A DNA stretch of 64,000 nt from Diplonema japonicum (GCA_964019335.1 OZ025704.1:124001-188000); one strand, 5' to 3'; positions 12,004 to 24,634 are shown, counted from the first letter of the stretch. Notes: a model not told the origin generated them from the sequence alone. Numbers and translations are program-made.

Positions 12004-12414
12004 CAGGCGTCAGTTGACCAACTCCAAGAAGTGTATCCAACTCTGGACAGGGAGGTCATCAGGGGCGTCATAAACGATTGCAATGGGGATCAGGTATATT
12101 CCCCCCTTTTTTTTGTTAACCCCTCACATCAGGAGAGATGCCACGCTGAACTTTCAGAGCTGTCAGGAAACCAGGGATCGCCTTCCCCTCCGCATGGATT
12201 GGGGAGATCGATGTCGGGAAGCCCAAACAGGCAAGGGAGCTTCTGGGAGGTGGGTGCTGCTGTAGATGCCAACTACCAAGGACAGTGGTACTCTGCCGTG
12301 GTGGAGGGGGTGGAGAATAACGGAGATTACAGGGTGAAATGGACTTCTGACGGTACCTGTACCTTAGTCACTCCTGAAGATCTTCGCAACAGACAGGGGT
12401 TGACAAACATGTAA
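11463..12414 (+). CDS. N-acylated (MGC) Gln/Pro-rich protein with CUE ubiquitin-binding domain and C-terminal Tudor/Agenet-like domain (~265 aa); introns 11778-11831, 11946-12006, 12094-12132
   Basis: Splicing gives VDQLQEVYPTLDREVIRGVINDCNGDQERCHAEL (CUE pattern) and WEVGAAVDANYQGQWYSAVV...YRVKW.SDG (Tudor-like). Confidence 0.8.
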
Positions 12415-14034
12415 AAATTGTTTTTCTGTGTCCCTCTTTTTTTTTTTTTTTTTTTTTTTCCATTCGTCTGTATTCGGGTTTTTTTTTTTTTTTTTTTTCA
12501 TTATTATTTATCTTTCACCCATTTCTTATAATGTGTATAAGCCCTTCTCTCTTCTCTTTTTTTTTTCTCCTTTTTTTTCCATACCCCCCCCCCCCCTCCC
12601 CTCCAACAGGTGGCATTTCTTTTTCTCTCTAGTTTAGTATGCGTTTGTTTGAGTGTTTTTTTTTTTTTGATCTGGGGAGAAAAAAAAAAAAAAAGAAGGG
12701 GGGAAAAAAAAGAAGAAGCAGTGAACAAATCAGCTTTTTTCTTTTTTTCTTTTCTTTTTCTAACCGACACGTTTAGCTGCAGTGGTGCGCTGGGGCAAAA
12801 AGAAAAAAAAAGAAAATAAGAGAAGAAAAAATAATTAATAATGAGAGAATAAAAAGCTTTAAAAGAAAGAAAAAAAAAGGAGACCTTTGGCCTTCGGTTT
12901 GATCTTAGGTCGGTCTAGATCATGTTTCTTTTTTTTTTTTCCCTTTTTTTTCTCTTTGACCTACGGACATGCCGCATTGTGCAAGCACGTAGCTCGGTAT
13001 ATTTAAGAGGTTTTCTATTCCTCATTTTCTCCCCTTTGTTTGCCACTCTTCTTGCCCTCATGATCTTTATTTTTCATCCCCCCCCCTTTCCTTTCTACTT
13101 TTTTTCCATACTCGCTTTCGCACTCTTGAAAAGCTTTGATTCTTCTGTCGGGTAGGGACCTTCTACCCCTCACCCTCCGTTTAAAAAAAAAAAAAGAAAT
13201 GCAATCTTCTGCCTTCTCTCTCGCTAGCTACCCTTTAAAAAAGGGGGAAGTGCCGTGAGGTGGTTAAAAAAAAAAAGTAACAACAAAACCACCGAAATAT
13301 AGAAAGGTGGTTTTAAAAAAAAAACCCCTCCTCCCCCCCAAAAAAAAGGGAAAATAAAAAATAAAAATAAAAAAGGAGGGGGGGGAAAGAAAGAAAAATG
13401 GAACAATTGGCGGAACACGAACGGAATTTAAAAAAAAAAAAAACCAAAAGTACCCCCCTTTTTTTTTCCTTGTCTCGCTTTTGTTTTTTTCTCAGAAGAC
13501 GAAGAGGGCGAGCAAGGAGTTTAAAAAAAAAAAAAAAAAGGAAAAGAAGAAAAGAAAATCGGTCCTTTCTTCCTTTCTTTCTGGTCTCCTTCAGAAAAGA
13601 CTCACGAGGATCTGGTTTTTTATTTTCCCCTCTTTTCCTGTTCCCCCCCCCCCCCCCGCCACCTATTATTTAATTTGAAAGGGGAAAAAAAAATACAAAT
13701 TAAAGAGTGTTTAACCGACTTTTCTTTGAACAACATACATAATGCGTGGATTCCGTATTTTCTCCATCTCCCCCCCCCACTCCCCTCTTTTTTTTTCGCC
13801 ATCTTCCTTTTTCTTATTTCCCCCCTCTTATTTAAACACCCCCCCCTCCCAAAGGCCACTGATATATACATTAAAAGACTTCCCGCCCTGCCCTCTTTCC
13901 CTCCCCCCCCCTTTTTTTCAAAGACATCTTTTTTTTACCAACGATTCTAAAGCTACAGTTTCTGTACTTTATTGGTATCGACCGTGCCAAGAAAGGAACC
14001 AGTAGAGCGGTTTGAAAAGAAAAAAAAAAAATAG

Positions 14035-15620
14035 ATCAAAGATCAGCAGCAAGTATTACGAAGCACAGCGAGGTGATAGTAAAGTATCAGCATCAGTATA
14101 TCAGTGAAAAGTTTGACAGTAGGAGTACGAAAGTTTATAGTGATTGGTAGACGAGAGAGCGAATTTTACAAAGACAGTTTTATTTTATCCCCCCTCACCG
14201 ACGACGATCATGGACCCCCATCATCTGGTCCAGAGGGCACAGAGCCTGCTAGCGGGCGACCTCTCTAGGAAAACAGGAGCCTGGTGCTGACCACACTAAG
14301 CTGCATTTTACAGTTGGTCGAAAAGGCACAGGTCCCCTAAACAGCCCGCCCCGCAGCAACAGCCAGCTCTGCAACAATACCAGCCCCCGCCGCAACCCAA
14401 CAGTCATTTGCTCAGCAACACCTCCTCAGCCATACCAACACAGACGGGTCAACCCCAGCAACAATTTCAGCATCAGCAGCACCAAAACCAACAGGCAAAG
14501 GGGCAACAGCGCCAGCAGCAACAATCGAAAGGACAGCCGGCCCTGCAGCAGCAACAACAATCGAAGAGGACACCCCCGAGGAAGGAGATAAGAGGAAGCG
14601 CCAAGACATACCTCGGGGCGGCCACCAATTGGACGAGCAGACCTGCCCCTGTCAAACCCCCCTTAGCACTGGTACAGCAACACTGGGGAGCTCAGCAGAT
14701 CCACAACGTGATTCCCGACCAGCTCACGGCTGGTATCTACTTCAATCCCTCGGACCCGGTCCAACTCTCCTCTCGTCTCAAGGCACTCGGCCTTGATTTC
14801 AAAATCATCTGCACCAAGCCATTCGTGGGTGGCACTGAGTCATCCAAGGAGGACATCAACAGGACTACGATACTCAAGGCAGTGATTGCGAGAGACCACT
14901 GCTCGGCGGCACAGTGGAAACGCACTGCGGACGGCAACGCCATTAAAAGGATGGCACTACTAGCAGCACGCGACAAAGAGAGACTCTACAAGGTCTTACC
15001 GAATGCTGTCTTCAGGATAGACCGATCCACAGAGAACAAGACAGCCACCGCCCTCGTACGTGTAGACCCTGAACACGCGATGAGACTGTTAGCAGCTTCA
15101 GGGGACCAGAGCGTCTTCTGGACACACGCGTTCGCGAGAGACCGACTAGAAGTCATCCAGCTGAAGAAAGGGATCAGGGCGGCCGACGTCCCCACCGCGT
15201 CGCTGGGCACCTCCCTCACCGTGACGCCGATCGGGTTAGCCCTCATGCTACCGAGAGGTGCGGACCGCAAGGAAGTCCTGGCCAGGGTCAACCCCATCCT
15301 ACTCCCGGTGCAGAAGACAGGCGAAAAATACATTCTGGAAGGGTGTCTGAACTGCGAACACGAGTGCGACTTGAGAGTCGACCTGGCTAGTTGTGGGTAG
15401 GTTATTAACCACATGGACAAGTTATAGCCATGCCGTCACTGGTTACTCCACTCGTCCGATCTTCGCGTCCCCGAAGGTCACCCACTCGATCCTAGAGGAA
15501 CAAATGCGAACTCATTGCATCCTCAACAACTCGCTAGTTGGTTTCACGCCCAAGCTGCTGATGAGATACCACGACGGGCCTAAGGCACTACCACGACAGA
15601 AGGAATCAAACACTAGATGA
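14035..15620 (+). pseudogene. Degenerate retroelement-like (ORF1/gag-like) coding relic
   Basis: The 330-codon frame 14408-15400 has no in-frame ATG start; upstream ATG at ~14210 is disrupted by stops/frameshifts; coding-like sequence continues past TAG 15398-15400; no homopolymer UTR between 14035 and the ORF, unlike host genes. Retroelement origin is inference. Confidence 0.4.
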
Positions 15621-15753
15621 GTTGATTGTCGTTAGGCGATCCTGTCACATACTGCAGGTTCCCTTCAAAGACACCCTTTTTTACTCCATTTTTTTTTGTT
15701 CCTCCCATTCTCTTTCAAAAAAAAAAAAAAGGTTTTGAGAAAAAAAAAAAAAA

Positions 15754-16395
15754 ATGACTGTGACATTCACCTACTTCCCGCTTCTGGCCAGGGGTTTCGC
15801 GCCCATGCTTGCTCTGGAGGAGCACAAGGTAGACTGGAAGGGAGAGGCCAAGACTAAGGAGACGTGGCCCGAGATGAAGGCGGCCGGGATCTGCCCGTTC
15901 GGGCAACTACCGATTTTGGAGACTGCAGACTGTGGTGTCATTGCCCAAGCAGGGGCCATCGCGGGGTACGTGGGGAGGGTCAAGAACGCCGCAGGGAAGG
16001 ATGGCAGGGAAGCCGCCGTCTCCGAAATGCTCTCAGGAATCAGTGAGGACTTCTACAACGACCTGAACAAGCTTCAGCCCACCGTCTTTGTTGCCTCGAA
16101 AGGCACGAAGGAGGAGTTCACCGCAATGTGGTCCACCACCTTCCCCACCCGCCTTGCTACTCTTGAAAAGTTTGCCAACGGAAAGGACAAATTCACAGAG
16201 GCCGGGAACACCATTGGTGAACTTAACCTTTTCTCCACCCTTCACCAAATGGTCCTTTGCAGCCCCACCATCCTCGACGCCAGCCCCGCTGTGAAGTCCT
16301 TTTACAGCCGTGTGTTGGCCCTCCCTTCTACCCAGAAGATCATCACAGGGAAGTCTGCTTTCGGTGCTGTCAACCAGTACTTCCTTACCAACTAA
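15754..16395 (+). CDS. Glutathione S-transferase (sigma/Tyr-type-like), 213 aa
   Basis: TYFPLLARG, WPEMK...CPFGQLPILE, IAQAGAIAGYVGR motifs. Confidence 0.93.
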   Translation: MTVTFTYFPLLARGFAPMLALEEHKVDWKGEAKTKETWPEMKAAGICPFGQLPILETADCGVIAQAGAIAGYVGRVKNAAGKDGREAAVSEMLSGISEDFYNDLNKLQPTVFVASKGTKEEFTAMWSTTFPTRLATLEKFANGKDKFTEAGNTIGELNLFSTLHQMVLCSPTILDASPAVKSFYSRVLALPSTQKIITGKSAFGAVNQYFLTN

Positions 16396-16592
16396 AAAGA
16401 GGGAAAAATAACAAAAAAAATATGAGGGGGTTGTGTTTTTTATTTTATTTTTTAAATTTTCTTTTTTGAATGAATAAATAAAAAAAGGAAGAAGAAAAAA
16501 AAAAAATAGCTGTGTTGCCAGAATTTTTAAAAAAGTTTTTTTTAATAATAAAAAAAGGCGGCAGGCTAGGGTAAGGGATTCTTTTTTAAAAA

Positions 16593-16624
<32 letters not shown>

Positions 16625-16816
16625 ATAGGGGGGAAAAAAACAAGAAAAAGGAACCGACACGCAAAAAGCTGGTCTTTTTCTTATTCTTTTTCTTTTTCCT
16701 CTTTTTTCTCTCTCTCTTTTTTTTTTTTTGGCATCCTCTCTTTTCAATATCTTATTTCCCTGCATTCCTTCTCGCTTCTAAAAAAAATAATAATAATAAG
16801 GAGAGAGAGGGGCAAC

Positions 16817-19372
16817 ATGAAGCTCAAAGACATGCCCGTGTGGGAGGTGGTGGACGAGCTGATAGCGGGCGCGAAAGATGGGAACATGAGCACGATGAAC
16901 AAATACCTAGGTAGGTGCATGGAATTCGAAGCTCTAAACAACAAGGACGGGCACGGCTTCAGCAGCCTTGCGTGGGCGGTGTGGAACAAACACATCGACG
17001 TGGCTACCGTACTGATCGAAGCAGGGGCGGACGTGAACACGGTGGATGATGACAACCAAACACCGCTTTTCAATGCTGCGTACTCAGGCTCGCTGGAACT
17101 GGTGCACTTGTTACTCGCTTCTGGAGCTGACCTTCTCATAGCGGACAGTGAAGATGAGACACCTTTTGCGGCTGCTGCTTCTCAGGGCCACCTTGCTATC
17201 GTCCAGACCCTCGCCTCGGCAGGAGCCGACCCTCTTGTCCCCGACTCAGATGGGCTCACCGCCCTTCACAAGGCGCGCTCTAAGAACTATGCTGAGCTCA
17301 CCTCCTTCGTGCAAACCTATGTCATTGCACACACACGCTCTGCAGGGAAGTCTGTGGTAGTCAAAGACGGCACGTCCTGCCGTCCGGACCTCGAGCTCGA
17401 TGCTGCGTGTTTTACATCTACTATCTCCCAGTTACAGCAACTTATCTCCACACGTTGGGGGACACCCCCCACCGCCCTCTCCTTCGGCGACTACACCGGT
17501 CGGTACGAAGTGCAGCCGCCGGCACACATCACACTGGGCTGCATACCCCCCGCCATCGAGCAGGCTGAGATCTGGACATGGCCCTCAGCACGCGTCATCA
17601 ACGCCTCGTCTGTGCCCGTCTCGAAGATGACGTACAGCGGTGAGGTGTTGCCTACGCCCATCCCCACCCCTTCGACGTCATCCAAGAAAGCGCGAACAAA
17701 GAAGAAGAGGGTCAAGAAGACGGCTTCCATCAGCAGGTCGACCACCGCCAGTGGGCTTTCCAGCAGGATGGCCTCACCATGCGGGACAGAGCAGAGCGTG
17801 TCATGCAGCGGCACAGCGCAGGTGCTCGATGCTGCGGCGATGCTGCTCAGTCGTGATGTTCCTTCAGTGCGAAGCGTGACGTTCGAGACCTCTGTGAGGT
17901 CTGTGACAGAAGTGGTCAGCGAACCTGAGCAAGCTGAAGGTGTTGAGGGGTCAGAAGGAGCTAAGTTGGAAGACCGCACTGCACACGACGAGCAGTCAGA
18001 ACATGCGGACGAGGAACCTGTGTGCGCTGCCAGTCCGACGGGTAGCAGCAGTGGGGTTGATGTGGATGTAGATGTCGATGTGTCGCACAGATCTGTGACG
18101 ACAGCCACGATCGTGACTGTTGAGACGACAGGTGAGAGCAGCGAAGCGTGCAGCATTCTGGAAAGCGTTGCAGAAGCAGAAAGCATTGCTCAGACGGCCA
18201 ATGCGGTGCAAGTGGTGCGAGCGGTTAGCGTGGTGCGGGCGGTTAGCACCGTGCGTGAATCGAGTGCTGAAAGAGAAGAGGTCACCACGCAAGAGACGGC
18301 GGAGCAAGAAACGATCTCTGTTCAAAGGGAGTGTCGGGAAGAGGTGGCAACGACGGAGTCGCGGAGGGAGGCATCGTGCACCGCAAGCACTGTCATGTCG
18401 CACGGCAACATTTTCGCAGGACTGCGGAGTGTCACAGAGTCGCCCTGCTCAGAGATGCTGATGAGCGTGAACACGCCACGGACACCTGAGCCGGTCCCCA
18501 TACTGCGACACTTCGCAACGCAGGCTGCTGAGATCGACACCCCGCCGCTTATGCCAAGCAACATACCAGCACCCGTTCCCCCTGCCAGGGGATATAGCAT
18601 CTCTCTGCCGTCATCAGAAGTAAAGGCTGCGGTTCCTGCGAAACCAGGGCTCCCCACTGCCCTTCATGAAGCTGCAGTGACAGGGGAGCTATGTATGGCG
18701 GAGTACATTCTGTCGCAAAAGGATGCTGATATAAACTGTTTAGACCCGAAGGGAAGGACGCCTTTGATCTGGGCATGCATTGGGGGGCAGCTTCCGTTGG
18801 TAAAGCACCTTCTAACACAGGGTGCCAGCCATGCGGTACGTGATCTGGACGGGTGCACAGCGCTCTTCCACGCTGCCGTCAACGGGAAGAACGACGTGCT
18901 GCGGTGGTTCGGAGAACACGTCAAGGGCAACAACTTCCACCTGCTGGATACCGAAGGGCACAGCATGGTGCAGTGGGCCGCCTATAAGGGCTACCTCTCC
19001 ACCCTGCGATATCTACACGAAGTGCATAAGGTGAGATTAGATTTACCGGACTACGAGGACAGGCTGGCGATCCACTGGGCAGCAAGGATGGGGAAGTGTG
19101 ATATTCTGAGGTATCTCATCGAAAAGGGCACTGCCGTGTTCCTCAGAGACAAAAATGGGTCTACAGCAGAGGACCATGCCATAGAAAGGCAGCAATGGGG
19201 CGCTGTCACTGTATTAAGGGAGGCCAGGCTGCTCATCGAGGGTGGGACGCAGTCCGATCAGTGGCGGCACTCTACCTCCAAGGCGATGCAGGCGTGCTCG
19301 GGCATCGTGACACCGACGCTGAGAACGAACACGTCTTCCACCTTTGTCATCGAGAACAGCAGGAGGATGTAG
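16817..19372 (+). CDS. Ankyrin-repeat protein with N- and C-terminal ankyrin clusters separated by a Ser/Thr/Glu-rich disordered linker
   Basis: QTPLFNAAYSG, TPFAAAASQGH, RTPLIWACIGG, LAIHWAARMG ankyrin motifs. Confidence 0.92.
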   Translation: MKLKDMPVWEVVDELIAGAKDGNMSTMNKYLGRCMEFEALNNKDGHGFSSLAWAVWNKHIDVATVLIEAGADVNTVDDDNQTPLFNAAYSGSLELVHLLLASGADLLIADSEDETPFAAAASQGHLAIVQTLASAGADPLVPDSDGLTALHKARSKNYAELTSFVQTYVIAHTRSAGKSVVVKDGTSCRPDLELDAACFTSTISQLQQLISTRWGTPPTALSFGDYTGRYEVQPPAHITLGCIPPAIEQAEIWTWPSARVINASSVPVSKMTYSGEVLPTPIPTPSTSSKKARTKKKRVKKTASISRSTTASGLSSRMASPCGTEQSVSCSGTAQVLDAAAMLLSRDVPSVRSVTFETSVRSVTEVVSEPEQAEGVEGSEGAKLEDRTAHDEQSEHADEEPVCAASPTGSSSGVDVDVDVDVSHRSVTTATIVTVETTGESSEACSILESVAEAESIAQTANAVQVVRAVSVVRAVSTVRESSAEREEVTTQETAEQETISVQRECREEVATTESRREASCTASTVMSHGNIFAGLRSVTESPCSEMLMSVNTPRTPEPVPILRHFATQAAEIDTPPLMPSNIPAPVPPARGYSISLPSSEVKAAVPAKPGLPTALHEAAVTGELCMAEYILSQKDADINCLDPKGRTPLIWACIGGQLPLVKHLLTQGASHAVRDLDGCTALFHAAVNGKNDVLRWFGEHVKGNNFHLLDTEGHSMVQWAAYKGYLSTLRYLHEVHKVRLDLPDYEDRLAIHWAARMGKCDILRYLIEKGTAVFLRDKNGSTAEDHAIERQQWGAVTVLREARLLIEGGTQSDQWRHSTSKAMQACSGIVTPTLRTNTSSTFVIENSRRM

Positions 19373-19561
19373 GTGTTTATTTTGTAGACTTTTGTTAATA
19401 GTATTTTCTAATCTTTTTCTTCTTCTTTCTTCTCTTTATTTTGTTGTCTTACTTATTTCTTTTTTGTGTTTCCTTTCGTTTTCACATTGTTGTTGTTCTT
19501 GTTTTTCTTCTCCCCCCTCCCCCTCCCCCTTGTACGCTTAGTCCGATGTAGTGATGTAGAG

Positions 19562-19615
19562 TTTCTCATTTTTCTCTTTTTCTTTTCTCCTCTCTCCATT
19601 TATCATCTCGAACAG
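19562..19615 (+). promoter_or_regulatory. Putative SL trans-splice acceptor (pyrimidine tract + CAG); similar sites end at 8354, 29229, 46902, 60609
   Basis: Pyrimidine tract followed by YAG 8-83 nt upstream of the ATG; trans-splicing inferred from unidirectional gene order. Confidence 0.55.
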
Positions 19616-19627
19616 GTGGCAGCAGCG

Positions 19628-22600
19628 ATGAAGGAATGGCTGTTTTCCATCTTGGCGAGCATCCTCCTGCACACTGCTACAGGGCAAGGGTGGAAGGATT
19701 GGGGCCAAGGAAGCTGCCAAGCGAACAACGGGCTAATGCCCCCTAATCTGAACGTCTTTGACGGGTACGAGGTGCTAGGGCTGACGCTGGACGAATGCAA
19801 GACGAGATGTGCGGAGAAGCATACACTAGGGTGCAAGTCTATTTCCTTCTGGAGTCCCAATGACTGCTACCTGAACACAGATGAGGCGGATGTGAACTGG
19901 CCCCCCCCACTTACGGGGTACTCACGTATCTCAACAGGTGGTAATGGCGTGGCTCAGGTACACCCCGTCACCAGTGTTTCTGGTGGTGGAAATTTCAAGT
20001 GCTTCGAGATCAGCGGCTGCGTGGTGCACGACCTTACGATGCCTGCCGGCTCTGCTAATCCTTGCGGCGACGTTATGGACCCCGGTGCCACCTGCACCCT
20101 TACCCTTATGAGCATTCCGTGCCAAACAGTCACCTGCATGGCTGGGAGCCCCCCCAGCTGGGACTCCCTTACTCCCGCGTGCAACCTAACCCCAGCTCCC
20201 GACACCCCTGCACCCGATACTCCTGCACCCAAGACTGATGCTCCTGATACTCCTGCACCCAAGACCGATGCTCCCGATACTCCTGCACCCAAGACTGATG
20301 CTCCCGATACTCCTGCACCCAAGACCGATGCTCCTGATACTCCTGCACCCAAGACCGATGCTCCCGATACTCCTGCACCCAAGACCGATGCTCCTGATAC
20401 TCCTGCACCCAAGACTGATGCTCCTGATACTCCTGCACCCAAGACCGATGCTCCTGATACTCCTGCACCCAAGACCGATGCTCCCGATACTCCTGCACCC
20501 AAGACCGATGCTCCTGATACTCCTGCACCCAAGACTGATGCTCCTATGACCGATGCTCCTGATACTCCCGCACCTATGACCCCTGCACCCGATACTCCTG
20601 CTCCCAAGACTGATGCTCCCGACACTGTCGCGCCGATGACATCTGCTCCCGATACCCCTGCACCTGACACTACTGCACCTGCTACTCCCGCTCCCGATAC
20701 CCCTGCACCTATGACCCCCGCACCAGATACCCCTGCACCTTTGACAACTGCTCCTGATACCCCTGCACCTTTGACATCTGCTCCCGACACCGCTGCCCCA
20801 AAAACCCCCGTCCCTGATACTCCGGCACCCAAGACACCCGTACCTGAGACCACTGTCCCTGATACGGCCGCACCCGATACAGATGTTCCTGCCACAGACG
20901 CACCTGTAACTGCCGCGCCACCGGGACTGACAGCAACTCCCACGGCCATACCTACTGTCTCTCCTCTTACGGCAGTTCCCACAGCCGTGCCGACTGCTGC
21001 ACCCCCCACTGCCAAGCCTGTCACGTCCGCACCTGAAACTGCTTCACCAACCACAGTCCCTACAACTGGGGCACCTGATACGGCCATCCCCACTGCGGTA
21101 CCCACGGGGGCACCAGGAGTACCCCCGACAGCTGTACCCACCTATATGCCCACAGCTGCCCCCATGGCACTGCCTACGTTCACACCCACAACAGCAGCTC
21201 CGACAGCAGCGCCCAAAACTGAAGCACCTGCCACCGGGGCACCTGCCACCGGGGCACCTGCAACCGGGGCACCTGCCACCGAAGCACCTGCAACCGGGGC
21301 ACCTGCCACTGGGGCACCAGCTACCGCTATTCCAGCAGTGCCCACGAAGGCCCCGATCCCGCTAACGCCAGTGCCTGATACCAACGCGCCGCCCACGCCA
21401 TCACCCGCGGGATGTGTTACTGACCCGTTGTGGAAGGACGGCCACGTTGCAAAGGGCAACAATTGTGCTAATAGCAGCTTTGTCCAGCATGGTGGCTTGT
21501 GCCAGGTGCTGATCCGTGGGAAGGAGTGCGAGGACAGGATGTGCAACGGTGGGGAGTGGAGCAACCTGACATGCTCAGGCAGCAACGAGCTGAACGCCGC
21601 ACAGAAGAAGGTCATCGTCGCCGTGAGCGGCGTGTCGCCTTTGAAGGGCGGGCAGATCGTGGTCTTGACGAACCTGGCCTGCAAGGTTGAGGACCTCGAC
21701 TTAGAGGGGGCGGAACCCCTGGACTGGGAGTTCCATCCTGTGGGAATGCCGATCGGGAGCCACAACCATAAATACTTCATGGGGGCCATCATATGGGATC
21801 CCATCATTATCATGGGCTTTGGACTGGTTTTGCTGGGACTGGTCTTCATGCAGGTGGGGCTGTGGAAGATCTCCTTCGGGAACGCCTTGGGGAACGTCCG
21901 TGCACCGGGGCTGCTGTACATACCGTACTTCTTCTTTCTGCCTGGGCTGTCGCTGTCGAGCGCGCACATGGCATTCGGGTACGACTTGGCACCACCGTCG
22001 GTGGCAGTATACGGGTGGTGCATGATGGTGGTCCTGGCTGCTTCGCCAGTGCTGCTGTGGTGGTATTTGTTGAGGGAGGGAACCTTCGAAGGGATCACTG
22101 TTCCCGACCCCCGTCTTACAAAGACGGACTTACTCGGCGATGTGGAAGATGAGGAGGGAATGCACAAGAAGATGACCTACCTGGACAAAGGGACCTTCTG
22201 GAGGAAGGTGTACGTCTTCATCTTCGGGAGGTACATATGGGTCTCCACAGAACGCCGCTTCGTCGAGCTTTACGGCGCTGTCTTCGAGGCGTACAGGTAC
22301 GGCTACCAGTGGTTCCCGTTGTTGGACATCACACAGTTAGTGCTGCTGTCGTGGTTTGCCAGTTGGAGCACATCTGACAAGGTGGCGTGCAACATGAGGA
22401 ACTCGCTCATCACGTTGGTCTTGCTGATCTACTTCGTCACTGTTTGCGTATGGATTCTTTTTTTTTCTTTCTTTCAAATTAAAAAAAAAAAAAAAATTAT
22501 AAATACCGCAGCGTTGCCGCCCCTTCATGGCGCTCTTCGAGAACCTAGTGGCCATGCTCATCTCGTTCCTCATGCTGCTCTCCATGGTCATCATGCTCGT

Positions 22601-23399
22601 TGCCATGGCAATGAGCGCAGGGCCTTCCCGTGAAACACTGTTTTCCGTTGCCGGGTACCTCCTCCTCGTCATAACAGGCCTTATCGCCTTGAAGACTATC
22701 TACGACTTGATATGCTTCATATGGGACATGAAGGTCGGACGGCGGCGGAAACTGCAAAAAGCAACGTTGAAACGTCTCCTTGAGGACAAGGACATCAGCG
22801 AGATGGGGGACATAGACAAGGATGTCATGGAAGGGCTGATGAATATTTGCGTCCTCCCTGAAGAGAGGAGACGGGATCCCGAAGGGGGCGAGTACAAGAC
22901 CAAGGCGTCTTTCTTCGCCCGTTACAAGGGGTACGAGGAATGGGACGATGCGGAAATGGAAATGAGAATTGACGAAGATGGGCTACCCAGGACAGTACAA
23001 GTATTCATAGAGGAACATGAAGGCGAGACAGGGTTGGTAAGAAAATGGGACGCTTGCCCTCATCTATATGATCCCCCGGAACGGTCAGTGGCTTCGTTTT
23101 CTGAGGTTTCTGACGAACACCCGGATTTGGGAAAACCTCTTCTAGCACTCTCGGCCACAGGGGGCGATGCATCGTCTCAGGTGTCAAGTCCAGATGCTTC
23201 AAAATACACTCCACCACAGCCTCCTTCACATGATGGATTCGAGGATGATAATAATGTTACCGCAGCTTATGTACGGGATTATAATACTCAGAGTGCTTGC
23301 TTGGCCGGCGGCCGTAGATCACTGAATTTGAGTGAACTGAACTCCACGTCTTCGCCGAGGTCTACAAAACGAAGGTTCGGGAAGTCCGTTTTTTTTTGA
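19628..23399 (+). CDS. Mucin-like multi-pass membrane protein (~1235 aa): signal peptide, PAN/apple-like Cys domain, long TDAPDTPAPK/APAT stalk, ~8 TM helices; intron 22448-22511
   Basis: ATG 19628 follows pyrimidine tract+AG (19615); MKEWLFSILASILLHTATG signal peptide; GTATGG..GCAG intron joins the two ORF-track frames in phase 0. Confidence 0.88.
20216..20545 (+). repeat. Coding minisatellite, 11 x 30 bp (GATACTCCTGCACCCAAGACYGATGCTCCY = DTPAPKTDAP)
   Basis: Directly visible tandem array; units differ only at two synonymous C/T positions. Confidence 0.97.
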
Positions 23400-24193
23400 A
23401 TTGAACAAAAAAAAAAAAGAAGATAAAAAAAAAAAAAGAAAAAAAGAAAAGAGGCGTTTCGCTACGCATTTTTTTTTAACAAACTATTTTTTGTAGATTA
23501 GTTTCTTTTTTTTTTTTTTTTTTTAATTTTTTTTTTCTTTCTTAAACCCAACAACAACAAAAAAAAAAAAGAAGGCAGCTAGGATAGAGGATAAGGATTT
23601 TTTTTTTTAATTTTTATTTTAGAAAAAAAAACCCCCCAGCTTTATTATTCCCCCAGGCATTTAAAGTAGTTGGGTTTCCGGCTTAGAAAAAAAAAAAAAA
23701 AAAAAAAAAAAAGAAGTCTGAGCTGAGATAATATCATCAACCGCTCCCTTGAAAATTAGCTGGGACTGATCAGGTGGCCGCACTCTTTGAGGTTGATATT
23801 GGTGCCTCTCGCACACTGCCGCTCAACAAAGAAGGTTGGCCTTGAATCAAGACACCAACATAGTCTTCTGAAATATGAGTTGTACTGTCCAAGAATCAAT
23901 CCTGGATAGTCGGATGAGCTTATTTTGGTCTAGGGCGCACAGGGGTATAATAAAGGCGGGGTCAAGCTAAAATTTACGGGTAAATTCCTTCAAAAAAAAA
24001 GGGGGGGGCGTTTATTTTTTATTTTTCATTTCTTCAGGCATCCTGCCACTAAAAAAAAAAAAAAAAAAAAAACTCTGATGAAGTGTGATGAGATATTTTA
24101 TTAGGTAAAACACCGCTCGTACACACAAACCAATGAAGCGTTAAGCTCGTTTTTTTTTTTCCCGTTTTTTTTTTCTTGTCCCACCCAAAGTAG

Positions 24194-24224
<31 letters not shown>

Positions 24225-24634
24225 CCCCCTCATTATGCTTGCGAGAATTTAAAAAAAAAAAGAAAAGGAGAAAAGAGAGGGGGGAGGCATACTCGGGTGT
24301 CTCGTTTGTTTAGTGTTCAATGGTGTGTTGCAACACAGTACTTCCCCCCCCTTCCCCGTTCTTCTTCTTTTTTTCTTCTTCTTTCTTCTTCTTTTCTTTC
24401 TGAGAGCATAATAAGTAATTCAGCTTGCAAAAGGATGGGGCGGAGAAAGTTTATACTTATTTTTTCTTCTTTTTTTTTTTTCTCTTTGGGGTGGGGAGAA
24501 ACTGTGAGCAAAAAAAAAAAAAAAAAAAAAATTCTTTTGTTACGTTAAGTATTTGTTCCCCCTCCCTCCCCCTCTTTTTTATATTTGTTTCCACTTCCGA
24601 TACGGGTGGCTTTAAAAGGAAAGATTCTTTAAGG

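Noticed and set aside
12428-14005. Many short poly-Phe/poly-Lys/poly-Pro ORFs in spacers (also 24297-25218, 32667-33787, 43616-46995)
   Set aside because: Translations of homopolymer tracts.
20216-20545. 30-bp periodic array as a CRISPR
   Set aside because: No unique spacers; in-frame coding repeat in a eukaryotic gene.
19954-22167. Long minus-strand ORFs (395 aa, 341 aa) and similar antisense ORFs over the ABCD, coiled-coil and WD40 genes
   Set aside because: Shadows of repetitive or GC3-rich + strand coding; no motifs of their own.
24075-24150. Box C/D snoRNA (TGATGA motifs)
   Set aside because: No downstream CTGA box D or terminal stem found.
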